Assembly: GCF_988243305.1 (NCBI RefSeq)
Contig: NZ_OZ547136.1
Length of the DNA: 64,000 nucleotides
Strand: one strand, 5' to 3'
The notes under the pieces are model-generated. The model was given only the letters and a program-made list of their open reading frames with translations. It had not been told where the DNA came from and did no database searches. The position numbers were made by a program, and so were the translations under genes. Positions 1 through 10,414 of the stretch are shown in pieces. Each line of letters opens with the position of its first letter. The stretch's first letter is position 1.

Positions 1-39
1 GATACAGAGCGTGGAGTCAGCAATTACAAAACGATTCAC
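1..39 (-). CDS. hycB: Formate hydrogenlyase subunit HycB, N-terminal 13 codons (partial, runs off window start)
   Basis: Reverse complement of 1-39 reads GTG AAT CGT TTT GTA ATT GCT GAC TCC ACG CTC TGT ATC = (M)NRFVIADSTLCI, matching the HycB N-terminus; lies directly downstream of hycA on the same strand. Confidence 0.55.
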   Translation of the reverse strand, partial: MNRFVIADSTLCI

Positions 40-163
40 CAGGCATTCCTCAGGTGATTGTCATTTTTGACGAAAACATGCCGATGAAATGTCATTTTCG
101 ACACTCATCGACACGCCCATCCCCAAACAGGCGTAACGCCTGCAAAACGGGCAAAGCCTCAGC

Positions 164-625
164 TCATGCTGCCGGGCTTTGTCCCTTTACCAGTTGGCTT
201 AAATTCACCGGCACATTGTTTTCAATGGCGGTGTATAAGCTGTCGTAAACGCCAGCGATTTTTTCGAGATAGTGTTCCAGAACCTGTTCGCGATCGCGGA
301 TGTTGACCTTGCCATCAATCATGCCGTCAATGCTCAGTTGCGCCTGCGCAATCCGCTGTTTGTCTTCACCATCTTTTGTTTCGACGTAATACTCGATGGT
401 GTGGCTGTTAAAGCCATCCGCCAGGGTGACGTAAATGCGAAAATGTTCAAAAAGGACGAAACAGAGTTCTTTGTCCGGCGCGCAGCTCATGGCGTGATGC
501 AGGCGCGCTTTCGATAACGTGATCCCCTGAACCAGCGAATTGCAGTAGATGTGCCACTGGTCCTGTAGGCGACGATGCCGCTGTGCGATGTAATCGGCTT
601 TCTCGCTTATTTCCCAAATAGTCAT
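164..625 (-). CDS. hycA: Formate hydrogenlyase regulatory protein HycA
   Basis: 153-aa ORF MTIWEISEKADYIAQRHRRLQDQWH...; divergent from hypA as in the hyc/hyp locus. Confidence 0.9.
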   Translation of the reverse strand: MTIWEISEKADYIAQRHRRLQDQWHIYCNSLVQGITLSKARLHHAMSCAPDKELCFVLFEHFRIYVTLADGFNSHTIEYYVETKDGEDKQRIAQAQLSIDGMIDGKVNIRDREQVLEHYLEKIAGVYDSLYTAIENNVPVNLSQLVKGQSPAA

Positions 626-662
626 TGTCAGGTTACCCGTTTAACAGAGATGCCAGCTTTAA

Positions 663-678
663 GCATTTTTTGTGCCAA
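663..678 (-). promoter_or_regulatory. Candidate sigma54 (-24/-12) promoter for the hyc operon
   Basis: Reverse complement reads TTGGCACaaaaaaTGC, i.e. GG-N10-GC spacing typical of sigma54 promoters, about 40 bp upstream of the hycA start; hyc is known to be FhlA/sigma54 dependent. Confidence 0.5.
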
Positions 679-790
679 CTTTTAATTTATTGTTATTAAA
701 GCGATTTTTAAGCTAAAGATGAATTTCGTCGCCGTGTCGACGTGTCATTTCGACATCATCGACATTATTCACCGCAGGGATAATCAACAC

Positions 791-806
791 TGGCACAATT
801 ATTGCT
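791..806 (+). promoter_or_regulatory. Candidate sigma54 (-24/-12) promoter for the hyp operon
   Basis: TGGCACaattatTGCT with GG-N10-GC spacing, about 30 bp upstream of the hypA ATG. Confidence 0.5.
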
Positions 807-836
807 TGTAGCTGGCAATAGTTAATGGGAGGCGAT

Positions 837-1187
837 ATGCACGAAATAACCCTCTGCCAACGGGCACTGGAATTGATCGAACAGCAGGCCGCAAAACACG
901 GCGCAAAACGCGTAACTGGGGTCTGGCTCAAAATTGGCGCATTTTCTTGTGTCGAAACCAGCTCTCTTGCCTTTTGTTTTGATCTGGTTTGCCGCGGCAG
1001 CGTGGCGGAAGGTTGTAAACTGCACCTCGAAGAACAAGAGGCCGAATGCTGGTGTGAAACATGCCAACAGTATGTGACGCTACTGACCCAGCGCGTCCGC
1101 CGCTGTCCACAGTGTCATGGTGACATGCTACAGATTGTGGCAGACGACGGTTTACAGATTCGGCGGATAGAAATAGACCAGGAGTGA
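837..1187 (+). CDS. hypA: Hydrogenase maturation nickel-insertion protein HypA
   Basis: ORF reads MHEITLCQRALELIEQQAAKHGAKRV... with C-terminal CxxC...CxxC zinc motif; start placed at the ATG 4 codons inside the track ORF. Confidence 0.92.
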   Translation: MHEITLCQRALELIEQQAAKHGAKRVTGVWLKIGAFSCVETSSLAFCFDLVCRGSVAEGCKLHLEEQEAECWCETCQQYVTLLTQRVRRCPQCHGDMLQIVADDGLQIRRIEIDQE

Positions 1188-1190
1188 GCG

Positions 1191-2063
1191 ATGTGTACAA
1201 CATGCGGTTGCGGTGAAGGCAACCTGTATATCGAGGGTGATGAACATAACCCTCATTCCGCGTTTCGTAGCGCGCCATTTGCCCCGGCGGCACGCCCGAA
1301 GATGAAAATCACCGGCATTAAAACGCCTGAATTTACCCCCAGCCAGACTGAAGAAGGCGACCTGCATTACGGTCATGGCGAAGCGGGCACTCACGCGCCG
1401 GGCATGAGCCAGCGTCGGATGCTGGAAGTCGAAATTGACGTGCTGGACAAAAATAACCGTCTGGCTGAACGCAACCGCGCGCGCTTTGCTGCCCGCAAGC
1501 AACTAGTGCTCAACCTGGTTTCCAGCCCTGGTTCCGGTAAAACCACCCTGCTGACGGAAACCTTAATGCGCCTGAAAGACAGCGTTCCGTGCGCGGTTAT
1601 TGAAGGCGACCAGCAAACCGTGAACGATGCCGCGCGCATTCGCGCTACCGGCACACCAGCGATTCAGGTGAATACCGGTAAAGGCTGCCATCTTGACGCA
1701 CAGATGATTGCCGACGCCGCGCCGCGCCTGCCACTGGACGATAACGGTATTCTGTTTATCGAAAACGTCGGCAACCTCGTGTGCCCGGCCAGCTTCGATC
1801 TCGGTGAAAAACACAAAGTGGCGGTGCTTTCCGTTACCGAAGGTGAAGACAAACCGCTGAAATATCCGCATATGTTTGCCGCAGCTTCGCTGATGCTGCT
1901 CAACAAAGTTGACTTGCTGCCGTATCTCAACTTTGACGTTGAGAAGTGCATCGCCTGCGCCCGCGAAGTCAATCCAGAAATTGAAATCATCCTTATTTCC
2001 GCCACCAGCGGCGAAGGGATGGACCAGTGGCTGAACTGGCTGGAGACACAGCGATGTGCATAG
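1191..2063 (+). CDS. hypB: Hydrogenase maturation GTPase HypB
   Basis: 290-aa [13 protein letters not shown]... with GSGKTT P-loop. Confidence 0.93.
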   Translation: MCTTCGCGEGNLYIEGDEHNPHSAFRSAPFAPAARPKMKITGIKTPEFTPSQTEEGDLHYGHGEAGTHAPGMSQRRMLEVEIDVLDKNNRLAERNRARFAARKQLVLNLVSSPGSGKTTLLTETLMRLKDSVPCAVIEGDQQTVNDAARIRATGTPAIQVNTGKGCHLDAQMIADAAPRLPLDDNGILFIENVGNLVCPASFDLGEKHKVAVLSVTEGEDKPLKYPHMFAAASLMLLNKVDLLPYLNFDVEKCIACAREVNPEIEIILISATSGEGMDQWLNWLETQRCA

Positions 2064-2326
2064 GCGTTCCCGGCCAGATCCGCACCATTGACGGCAACCA
2101 GGCGAAAGTCGACGTCTGCGGCATTCAGCGCGATGTCGATTTAACGTTAGTCGGCAGCTGCGATGAAAACGGTCAGCCACGCGTAGGCCAGTGGGTACTG
2201 GTTCACGTTGGCTTTGCCATGAGCGTAATTAATGAAGCCGAAGCGCGCGACACTCTCGACGCCTTACAAAACATGTTTGACGTTGAGCCGGATGTCGGTG
2301 CGCTGTTGTATGGCGAGGAAAAATAA
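2054..2326 (+). CDS. hypC: Hydrogenase maturation chaperone HypC
   Basis: ORF reads [28 protein letters not shown]...; start taken at the internal ATG encoding the conserved MC(I/L)G N-terminus. Confidence 0.9.
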   Translation: MCIGVPGQIRTIDGNQAKVDVCGIQRDVDLTLVGSCDENGQPRVGQWVLVHVGFAMSVINEAEARDTLDALQNMFDVEPDVGALLYGEEK

Positions 2327-3447
2327 TGCGTTTTGTTGATGAATATCGCGCGCCGGAACAGGTGATGCAGTTAATTGAGCATCTGCGCGAACGTGCTTCA
2401 CATCTCTCTTACACCGCCGAACGCCCTCTGCGGATTATGGAAGTGTGTGGCGGTCATACCCACGCCATTTTTAAATTCGGCCTCGACCAGTTGCTGCCGG
2501 AAAACGTTGAGTTTATCCACGGTCCCGGTTGCCCGGTGTGCGTACTGCCGATGGGCAGAATCGACACCTGCGTGGAGATTGCCAGCCATCCGGAAGTCAT
2601 CTTCTGTACCTTTGGCGACGCCATGCGCGTACCAGGGAAACAGGGTTCGCTGTTACAGGCAAAGGCACGCGGTGCCGATGTGCGCATCGTTTACTCGCCG
2701 ATGGATGCGTTGAAACTGGCGCAGGAGAATCCAACCCGCAAAGTGGTGTTCTTCGGCTTAGGTTTTGAAACTACCATGCCGACCACCGCCATCACGTTGC
2801 AACAGGCAAAAGCCCGCGATGTGCAGAATTTTTACTTCTTCTGCCAGCACATTACGCTTATCCCGACGCTGCGCAGTTTGCTGGAACAGCCAGATAACGG
2901 TATCGACGCGTTCCTCGCGCCGGGCCACGTCAGTATGGTGATCGGCACTGATGCCTATAATTTTATCGCCAGCGATTTTCATCGTCCGCTGGTGGTCGCT
3001 GGTTTCGAACCGCTTGATCTACTGCAAGGCGTGGTCATGCTGGTGGAGCAGAAAATAGCGGCCCACAGCAAGGTAGAGAATCAGTATCGCCGGGTAGTGC
3101 CGGATGCCGGTAACCTGCTGGCGCAACAGGCAATTGCCGATGTGTTCTGTGTCAACGGCGACAGCGAATGGCGCGGCTTAGGCGTGATTGAATCTTCCGG
3201 GGTGCACCTGACGCCGGATTATCAGCGATTCGATGCCGAAGCACATTTCCGCCCGGCACCGCAGCAGGTCTGCGATGACCCGCGTGCGCGTTGTGGCGAA
3301 GTATTAACGGGCAAATGTAAGCCGCATCAATGCCCGCTATTTGGTAACACCTGTAATCCTCAAACCGCGTTTGGTGCGCTGATGGTTTCCTCCGAAGGAG
3401 CGTGCGCCGCGTGGTATCAGTATCGTCAGCAGGAGAGTGAAGCGTGA
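2326..3447 (+). CDS. hypD: Hydrogenase maturation protein HypD
   Basis: 373-aa [23 protein letters not shown]... with CGxH and CPVC motifs; overlaps hypC stop. Confidence 0.93.
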   Translation: MRFVDEYRAPEQVMQLIEHLRERASHLSYTAERPLRIMEVCGGHTHAIFKFGLDQLLPENVEFIHGPGCPVCVLPMGRIDTCVEIASHPEVIFCTFGDAMRVPGKQGSLLQAKARGADVRIVYSPMDALKLAQENPTRKVVFFGLGFETTMPTTAITLQQAKARDVQNFYFFCQHITLIPTLRSLLEQPDNGIDAFLAPGHVSMVIGTDAYNFIASDFHRPLVVAGFEPLDLLQGVVMLVEQKIAAHSKVENQYRRVVPDAGNLLAQQAIADVFCVNGDSEWRGLGVIESSGVHLTPDYQRFDAEAHFRPAPQQVCDDPRARCGEVLTGKCKPHQCPLFGNTCNPQTAFGALMVSSEGACAAWYQYRQQESEA

Positions 3448-4454
3448 ATAATATCCAACTCGCCCACGGCAGCGGCGGCCAGGCGATGCAGCAATTAATC
3501 AACAGCCTGTTTATGGAAGCCTTTGCCAACCCGTGGCTGGCAGAGCAGGAAGATCAGGCCCGTCTTGATCTGGCGCAGCTGGTAGCGGAAGGCGACCGTC
3601 TGGCGTTCTCCACCGACAGTTACGTCATTGACCCGCTGTTCTTTCCTGGCGGTAATATCGGCAAGCTGGCGATTTGCGGCACCGCGAACGACGTTGCGGT
3701 CAGTGGCGCAATTCCGCGCTATCTCTCCTGTGGCTTTATCCTCGAAGAAGGATTGCCGATGGAGACACTGAAAGCCGTAGTGACCAGCATGGCAGAAACC
3801 GCCCGCGCGGCAGGCATTGCCATCGTTACTGGCGACACCAAAGTGGTGCAGCGCGGCGCGGCAGATAAACTGTTTATCAACACCGCTGGCATGGGCGCAA
3901 TTCCGGCGAATATTCACTGGGGCGCACAGACGCTAACCGCAGGCGATGTATTGCTGGTTAGCGGTACACTCGGCGACCACGGGGCGACTATCCTTAACCT
4001 GCGTGAGCAACTGGGGCTGGACGGCGAACTGGTCAGCGACTGCGCGGTACTAACGCCGCTTATTCAGACGCTGCGTGACATTCCCGGCGTGAAAGCGCTG
4101 CGTGATGCCACCCGTGGTGGTGTGAACGCGGTAGTTCATGAGTTCGCGGCAGCCTGCGGTTGCGGTATTGAAATTTCAGAAGCGGCACTGCCGGTTAAAC
4201 CTGCTGTGCGCGGCGTTTGCGAACTGCTGGGACTGGACGCCCTTAACTTTGCCAACGAAGGCAAACTGGTGATCGCCGTTGAACGCAACGCGGCAGAGCA
4301 AGTGCTGGCGGCGTTACATTCCCATCCACTGGGAAAAGACGCGGCGCTGATTGGTGAAGTGGTGGAACGTAAAGGTGTTCGTCTTGCCGGTCTGTATGGC
4401 GTGAAACGAACCCTCGATTTACCACACGCCGAACCGTTACCGCGTATATGCTAA
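3444..4454 (+). CDS. hypE: Hydrogenase maturation protein HypE
   Basis: 336-aa ORF MNNIQLAHGSGGQAMQQLIN... ending ...PRIC; overlaps hypD stop. Confidence 0.93.
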   Translation: MNNIQLAHGSGGQAMQQLINSLFMEAFANPWLAEQEDQARLDLAQLVAEGDRLAFSTDSYVIDPLFFPGGNIGKLAICGTANDVAVSGAIPRYLSCGFILEEGLPMETLKAVVTSMAETARAAGIAIVTGDTKVVQRGAADKLFINTAGMGAIPANIHWGAQTLTAGDVLLVSGTLGDHGATILNLREQLGLDGELVSDCAVLTPLIQTLRDIPGVKALRDATRGGVNAVVHEFAAACGCGIEISEAALPVKPAVRGVCELLGLDALNFANEGKLVIAVERNAAEQVLAALHSHPLGKDAALIGEVVERKGVRLAGLYGVKRTLDLPHAEPLPRIC

Positions 4455-4527
4455 TAAAATTCTAAATCTCCTATAGTTAGTCAATGACCTTTTGCACCGC
4501 TTTGCGGTGCTTTCCTGGAAGAACAAA

Positions 4528-6606
4528 ATGTCATATACACCGATGAGTGATCTCGGACAACAAGGGTTGTTCGACATCACTCGGACACTATTGCAGCAGC
4601 CCGATCTGGCCTCGCTGTGTGAGGCTCTTTCGCAACTGGTAAAGCGTTCTGCGCTCGCCGACAACGCGGCTATTGTGTTGTGGCAAGCGCAGACTCAACG
4701 TGCGTCTTATTACGCATCGCGTGAAAAAGACACCCCCATTAAATATGAAGACGAAACTGTTCTGGCACACGGTCCGGTACGCAGCATTTTGTCGCGCCCT
4801 GATACGCTGCATTGCAGTTACGAAGAATTTTGTGAAACCTGGCCGCAGCTGGCCGCAGGTGGGCTATACCCAAAATTTGGTCACTATTGCCTGATGCCAC
4901 TGGCGGCAGAAGGGCATATTTTTGGTGGCTGTGAATTTATTCGTTATGACGATCGCCCCTGGAGCGAAAAAGAGTTCAATCGTCTGCAAACATTTACGCA
5001 GATCGTTTCTGTCGTCACCGAACAAATCCAGAGTCGAGTCGTTAACAATGTTGACTATGAGTTGTTATGCCGGGAACGCGATAACTTCCGCATCCTGGTC
5101 GCCATCACCAACGCGGTGCTTTCCCGCCTGGATATGGACGAACTGGTCAGCGAAGTCGCCAAAGAAATCCATTACTATTTCGACATTGACGATATCAGCA
5201 TTGTCTTACGCAGCCACCGTAAAAACAAACTCAACATCTACTCCACTCACTATCTTGATAAACAACATCCCGCCCACGAACAGAGCGAAGTCGATGAAGC
5301 CGGAACCCTCACCGAACGCGTGTTCAAAAGCAAAGAGATGCTGCTGATTAATCTCCACGAGCGGGACGATTTAGCCCCCTATGAACGCATGTTGTTCGAC
5401 ACCTGGGGCAACCAGATTCAAACCTTGTGCCTGTTACCGCTGATGTCTGGCGATACCATGCTGGGCGTGCTGAAACTGGCGCAATGCGAAGAGAAAGTGT
5501 TTACCACTACCAATTTGAATTTACTGCGCCAGATTGCCGAACGTGTGGCAATCGCTGTCGATAACGCCCTCGCCTATCAGGAAATCCATCGTCTGAAAGA
5601 ACGGCTGGTTGATGAAAACCTCGCCCTGACCGAGCAGCTCAACAATGTTGATAGTGAATTTGGCGAGATTATTGGCCGCAGCGAAGCCATGTACAGCGTA
5701 CTTAAACAAGTTGAAATGGTGGCGCAAAGTGACAGTACTGTTCTGATCCTCGGTGAAACTGGTACAGGTAAAGAGCTGATTGCCCGCGCGATCCATAATC
5801 TCAGTGGGCGTAATAATCGCCGCATGGTCAAAATGAACTGCGCGGCGATGCCTGCCGGATTGCTGGAGAGCGATCTGTTTGGTCATGAGCGTGGGGCTTT
5901 TACCGGTGCCAGCGCCCAGCGTATCGGTCGTTTTGAACTGGCGGATAAAAGCTCCCTGTTCCTCGACGAAGTGGGCGATATGCCACTGGAGTTACAGCCG
6001 AAGTTGCTGCGTGTATTACAGGAACAGGAGTTTGAACGTCTCGGCAGCAACAAAATCATTCAGACGGACGTGCGTCTAATCGCCGCAACTAACCGCGATC
6101 TGAAAAAAATGGTCGCCGACCGAGAGTTCCGTAGCGATCTCTATTACCGCCTGAACGTATTCCCGATCCACCTGCCGCCACTACGCGAGCGTCCGGAAGA
6201 TATTCCGCTGCTGGCGAAAGCCTTTACCTTCAAAATTGCCCGTCGTCTGGGGCGTAATATCGACAGCATTCCTGCCGAGACGCTGCGCACCTTGAGCAAC
6301 ATGGAGTGGCCGGGTAACGTACGCGAACTGGAAAACGTCATTGAGCGCGCAGTATTGCTGACACGCGGCAACGTGCTGCAGCTGTCATTGCCAGATATTG
6401 TTTTACCGGAACCAGAAACGCCGCCTGCCGCAACAGTTGTCGCTCAGGAGGGCGAAGATGAATATCAGTTGATTGTTCGCGTGCTGAAAGAAACTAACGG
6501 CGTGGTTGCCGGGCCTAAAGGCGCTGCGCAACGTCTGGGGCTGAAACGCACGACCCTGCTGTCACGGATGAAGCGGCTTGGAATTGATAAATCGGCATTG
6601 ATTTAA
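4528..6606 (+). CDS. fhlA: Formate hydrogenlyase transcriptional activator FhlA (sigma54-dependent)
   Basis: ORF contains MSYTPMSDLGQQGLFDITRTLL..., GAF region, sigma54 AAA+ motifs (GETGTGKE, GAFTGA) and C-terminal HTH; start placed at internal ATG giving MSYTP. Confidence 0.92.
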   Translation: MSYTPMSDLGQQGLFDITRTLLQQPDLASLCEALSQLVKRSALADNAAIVLWQAQTQRASYYASREKDTPIKYEDETVLAHGPVRSILSRPDTLHCSYEEFCETWPQLAAGGLYPKFGHYCLMPLAAEGHIFGGCEFIRYDDRPWSEKEFNRLQTFTQIVSVVTEQIQSRVVNNVDYELLCRERDNFRILVAITNAVLSRLDMDELVSEVAKEIHYYFDIDDISIVLRSHRKNKLNIYSTHYLDKQHPAHEQSEVDEAGTLTERVFKSKEMLLINLHERDDLAPYERMLFDTWGNQIQTLCLLPLMSGDTMLGVLKLAQCEEKVFTTTNLNLLRQIAERVAIAVDNALAYQEIHRLKERLVDENLALTEQLNNVDSEFGEIIGRSEAMYSVLKQVEMVAQSDSTVLILGETGTGKELIARAIHNLSGRNNRRMVKMNCAAMPAGLLESDLFGHERGAFTGASAQRIGRFELADKSSLFLDEVGDMPLELQPKLLRVLQEQEFERLGSNKIIQTDVRLIAATNRDLKKMVADREFRSDLYYRLNVFPIHLPPLRERPEDIPLLAKAFTFKIARRLGRNIDSIPAETLRTLSNMEWPGNVRELENVIERAVLLTRGNVLQLSLPDIVLPEPETPPAATVVAQEGEDEYQLIVRVLKETNGVVAGPKGAAQRLGLKRTTLLSRMKRLGIDKSALI

Positions 6607-6650
6607 CAGATGTGGTTATACTCGATCAACATTCAATGAAAGGAGGCAGT

Positions 6651-7079
6651 ATGGCAGTTTCAGCAAGAAATCAATTAACCGGAACGGTTAGCGCAGTAGC
6701 AATGGGCGCTGTGAATGATGAAGTAGAACTGACGCTGGCAGGTGGTGCAAAACTGGTGGCAATTGTGACTCACAGCAGCCAGCAGGCTCTTGGTCTGGCA
6801 AAAGGGAAAGAAGCGATTGCCCTGATTAAAGCCCCGTGGGTCACGCTGGCAACGGAAGACTGTGGACTGAAATTCTCTGCTCGCAACCAATTTGCTGGCA
6901 GCGTGTCGACAATCACCGAAGGCGCAGTGAACGCCACTGTCCATATCAAAACGGATGCGGGTTTTGAAATTGTGGCAGTGGTAACAAATGAAAGTCAGGA
7001 TGAAATGAAACTCACCACTGGCTCGCGCGTTATTGCATTGATCAAAGCATCAGCCATCCTGATTGCCACCAAAGCGTAA
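6651..7079 (+). CDS. Tandem TOBE/Mop-domain (molbindin-like) small cytoplasmic protein, putative molybdate-binding
   Basis: 142 aa from MAVSARNQLTG...; two internally repeated halves (SARNQLTGTVSAV... and SARNQFAGSVSTI...); strong SD AAAGGAGG 6 bp upstream of the ATG. Confidence 0.75.
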   Translation: MAVSARNQLTGTVSAVAMGAVNDEVELTLAGGAKLVAIVTHSSQQALGLAKGKEAIALIKAPWVTLATEDCGLKFSARNQFAGSVSTITEGAVNATVHIKTDAGFEIVAVVTNESQDEMKLTTGSRVIALIKASAILIATKA

Positions 7080-7090
7080 GCGCCTTATTT

Positions 7091-7116
7091 GCCGGAGAGT
7101 ATGGCTCTCCGGCAGA
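7091..7116. terminator. Hairpin between convergent Mop-like gene and ygbA, candidate bidirectional terminator
   Basis: GCCGGAGAG-tatg-GCTCTCCGGC perfect 9-bp stem followed by T-rich tract. Confidence 0.5.
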
Positions 7117-7117
7117 T

Positions 7118-7462
7118 TTATTTCTTTGGACGATATTTTTCTGGCAACTCCGGCACCGGACGCTTGTCATCGATGAGATGACGCACGGTTAAGATCGGAT
7201 GACGCCACAGCATTCGCGGCCCAGCCCAACGCATAATCTGTTTCATCTCTTCACGCTTTGCAGGCTGGTAACAGTGCACCGGACACTGCTTACAGGCTGG
7301 TTTCTCTTCGCCGAACACACATTTATCCAGCCGCTTTTGCGCGTAAGTAAACAACGCCTCATAATGCTCCGGCTCCGCTGACGCCTGCGGGCATTTCGCT
7401 TGATAAAGATCGATCATTTTTTTAATCGTCAGTTTTTCACGAGAGATACGCTTGCCGGACAT
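7118..7462 (-). CDS. ygbA: YgbA, small NsrR-regulon protein of unknown function
   Basis: 114-aa ORF MSGKRISREKLTIKKMIDLYQAKCPQ...; position between fhlA and mutS. Confidence 0.85.
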   Translation of the reverse strand: MSGKRISREKLTIKKMIDLYQAKCPQASAEPEHYEALFTYAQKRLDKCVFGEEKPACKQCPVHCYQPAKREEMKQIMRWAGPRMLWRHPILTVRHLIDDKRPVPELPEKYRPKK

Positions 7463-7480
7463 GCTGCCTCCATACTCTTA

Positions 7481-7503
7481 AGGTGTATTTATATTACAAC
7501 TTA
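7481..7503 (-). promoter_or_regulatory. Candidate NsrR operator upstream of ygbA
   Basis: AAGGTGTATTTATATTACAACTT resembles the 11-1-11 NsrR inverted repeat (AAGATGCATTT-N-AAATGCATCTT), about 17/22 matches, 20 bp upstream of the ygbA start. Confidence 0.4.
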
Positions 7504-7748
7504 ATTTGAAAGGGGACTATGGCTCTGAAGGAGGAGGTTTATTCAACCGACGCAATTTTGCGTACCTGCTTCATAAGCATCACGCAAAAGCTGCAAAACA
7601 GCATCTTTCCCGGAATCACCATCAAGAACTCGCCGTTCGCTTCTTCCCCTGAAATGATTAACTCCGGTATCATGTGCGCCTTATGTGATTACAACGAAAA
7701 TAAAAACCATCACACCCCATTTAATATCAGGGAACCGGACATAACCCC

Positions 7749-10310
7749 ATGAGTGCAATAGAAAATTTCGATGCCCATACGCCCATGATGCAGCAGTATC
7801 TCAAGCTGAAAGCCCAGCATCCCGAGATCCTGCTGTTTTACCGGATGGGTGATTTTTATGAACTGTTTTATGACGACGCAAAACGCGCGTCGCAACTGCT
7901 GGATATTTCACTGACCAAACGCGGTGCTTCGGCGGGAGAGCCGATCCCGATGGCGGGGATCCCCTACCATGCGGTGGAAAACTACCTCGCCAAACTGGTG
8001 AATCAGGGCGAGTCCGTTGCCATCTGCGAACAAATTGGCGATCCGGCGACCAGCAAAGGTCCGGTTGAGCGCAAAGTTGTGCGTATCGTTACGCCGGGCA
8101 CCATCAGCGATGAAGCCCTGTTACAAGAGCGCCAGGACAATCTGCTGGCGGCTATCTGGCAGGACAGCAAAGGTTTCGGCTACGCGACGCTGGATATCAG
8201 TTCCGGTCGTTTTCGCCTGAGCGAACCGGCTGACCGGGAAACGATGGCGGCAGAACTGCAACGCACTAATCCGGCGGAACTGCTATATGCAGAAGATTTT
8301 GCTGAAATGTCGTTAATTGAAGGTCGTCGCGGTCTGCGCCGTCGTCCGCTGTGGGAGTTTGAAATCGACACCGCGCGCCAGCAGTTGAATCTGCAATTTG
8401 GCACCCGCGATCTGGTCGGTTTTGGCGTCGAGAACGCGCCGCGCGGACTTTGTGCTGCCGGTTGTCTGTTGCAGTATGCGAAAGATACTCAACGCACGAC
8501 CCTGCCGCATATTCGTTCTATCACCATGGAACGTGAGCAGGACAGCATCATTATGGATGCCGCGACACGTCGTAACCTGGAAATTACTCAGAACCTGGCG
8601 GGCGGTGCGGAAAACACGCTGGCTTCAGTGCTCGACTGCACTGTAACGCCAATGGGTAGTCGTATGCTGAAACGCTGGCTGCATATGCCAGTGCGCGATA
8701 CCCGCGTGTTGCTTGAGCGCCAGCAAACTATTGGCGCATTGCAGGATTTCACCGCCGAGCTACAGCCGGTGCTGCGTCAGGTCGGCGACCTGGAACGTAT
8801 TCTGGCACGTCTGGCTTTACGAACTGCTCGCCCACGCGATCTGGCCCGTATGCGTCACGCTTTCCAGCAACTGCCGGAGCTGCGTGCGCAGTTAGAAAAT
8901 GTCGATAGCGCTCCGGTACAGGCGCTGCGTGAGAAGATGGGTGAGTTTGCCGAACTGCGCGATCTGCTGGAGCGGGCCATTATCGACACACCGCCGGTAC
9001 TGGTGCGCGACGGTGGTGTTATCGCATCGGGCTATAACGAAGAGCTGGATGAGTGGCGCGCGCTGGCTGACGGCGCGACCGATTATCTGGAGCGTCTGGA
9101 AGTCCGCGAGCGTGAACGTACCGGCCTGGACACGCTGAAAGTTGGCTTTAATGCGGTGCACGGCTACTACATTCAGATCAGCCGTGGACAAAGCCATCTG
9201 GCCCCCATCAATTACATGCGTCGCCAGACGCTGAAAAACGCCGAGCGCTACATTATTCCAGAGCTAAAAGAGTACGAAGACAAAGTTCTCACCTCAAAAG
9301 GCAAAGCACTGGCACTGGAAAAACAACTTTATGAAGAGCTGTTCGACCTGCTGTTGCCGCATCTGGAAGCGTTGCAACAGAGCGCGAGCGCGCTGGCGGA
9401 ACTTGATGTGCTGGTTAACCTGGCGGAACGGGCCTATACCCTGAACTACACCTGCCCGACCTTCATTGATAAACCGGGTATTCGCATCACCGAAGGTCGC
9501 CATCCGGTGGTTGAACAGGTACTGAACGAGCCATTTATCGCCAACCCGCTGAACCTGTCGCCGCAGCGTCGCATGTTGATCATTACCGGTCCGAATATGG
9601 GCGGTAAAAGTACCTATATGCGCCAGACCGCACTGATTGCGCTGATGGCCTACATCGGCAGCTATGTACCGGCACAAAAAGTCGAGATTGGACCTATCGA
9701 CCGTATCTTCACCCGCGTAGGGGCAGCGGATGATCTGGCATCCGGGCGTTCAACCTTTATGGTGGAGATGACCGAAACCGCCAATATTCTGCATAACGCC
9801 ACCGAGTACAGTCTGGTACTGATGGATGAGATTGGGCGCGGGACGTCCACTTACGATGGTCTGTCGCTGGCGTGGGCGTGCGCGGAAAATCTGGCGAATA
9901 AGATTAAAGCGTTGACGTTGTTTGCCACCCACTATTTCGAGCTGACCCAGTTACCGGAGAAAATGGAAGGCGTCGCCAACGTGCATCTCGATGCACTGGA
10001 GCACGGCGACACCATTGCCTTTATGCACAGCGTGCAGGATGGCGCGGCGAGCAAAAGCTACGGCCTGGCGGTTGCAGCTCTGGCGGGCGTGCCAAAAGAG
10101 GTTATTAAGCGCGCACGGCAAAAACTGCGTGAGCTGGAAAGCATTTCGCCGAACGCCGCCGCGACACAGGTCGATGGCACGCAGATGTCGCTGCTTTCAG
10201 TGCCGGAAGAAACCTCGCCCGCGGTGGAAGCGCTGGAAAATCTCGACCCGGATTCACTCACTCCGCGCCAGGCGCTGGAGTGGATTTATCGGTTGAAGAG
10301 TCTGGTATAA
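7749..10310 (+). CDS. mutS: DNA mismatch repair protein MutS
   Basis: 853-aa [43 protein letters not shown]... with Walker [10 protein letters not shown]. Confidence 0.97.
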   Translation: MSAIENFDAHTPMMQQYLKLKAQHPEILLFYRMGDFYELFYDDAKRASQLLDISLTKRGASAGEPIPMAGIPYHAVENYLAKLVNQGESVAICEQIGDPATSKGPVERKVVRIVTPGTISDEALLQERQDNLLAAIWQDSKGFGYATLDISSGRFRLSEPADRETMAAELQRTNPAELLYAEDFAEMSLIEGRRGLRRRPLWEFEIDTARQQLNLQFGTRDLVGFGVENAPRGLCAAGCLLQYAKDTQRTTLPHIRSITMEREQDSIIMDAATRRNLEITQNLAGGAENTLASVLDCTVTPMGSRMLKRWLHMPVRDTRVLLERQQTIGALQDFTAELQPVLRQVGDLERILARLALRTARPRDLARMRHAFQQLPELRAQLENVDSAPVQALREKMGEFAELRDLLERAIIDTPPVLVRDGGVIASGYNEELDEWRALADGATDYLERLEVRERERTGLDTLKVGFNAVHGYYIQISRGQSHLAPINYMRRQTLKNAERYIIPELKEYEDKVLTSKGKALALEKQLYEELFDLLLPHLEALQQSASALAELDVLVNLAERAYTLNYTCPTFIDKPGIRITEGRHPVVEQVLNEPFIANPLNLSPQRRMLIITGPNMGGKSTYMRQTALIALMAYIGSYVPAQKVEIGPIDRIFTRVGAADDLASGRSTFMVEMTETANILHNATEYSLVLMDEIGRGTSTYDGLSLAWACAENLANKIKALTLFATHYFELTQLPEKMEGVANVHLDALEHGDTIAFMHSVQDGAASKSYGLAVAALAGVPKEVIKRARQKLRELESISPNAAATQVDGTQMSLLSVPEETSPAVEALENLDPDSLTPRQALEWIYRLKSLV

Positions 10311-10317
10311 TATTAAT

Positions 10318-10353
10318 GAGCCCCGATTAAACTTCGGGGCTCATATATCTCTT
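10318..10353 (+). terminator. Rho-independent terminator downstream of mutS
   Basis: GAGCCCCG-attaaactt-CGGGGCTC stem-loop followed by a T-rich tract. Confidence 0.6.
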
Positions 10354-10414
10354 ATCCGATAGATAAAAAAGGAGTAAAATAAACACTATTAAGAACAAAA
10401 CATTCAAGAAAAAA

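Noticed and set aside
1563-2180. 205-aa minus-strand ORF
   Set aside because: Antisense to hypB/hypC, both clearly coding on the plus strand.
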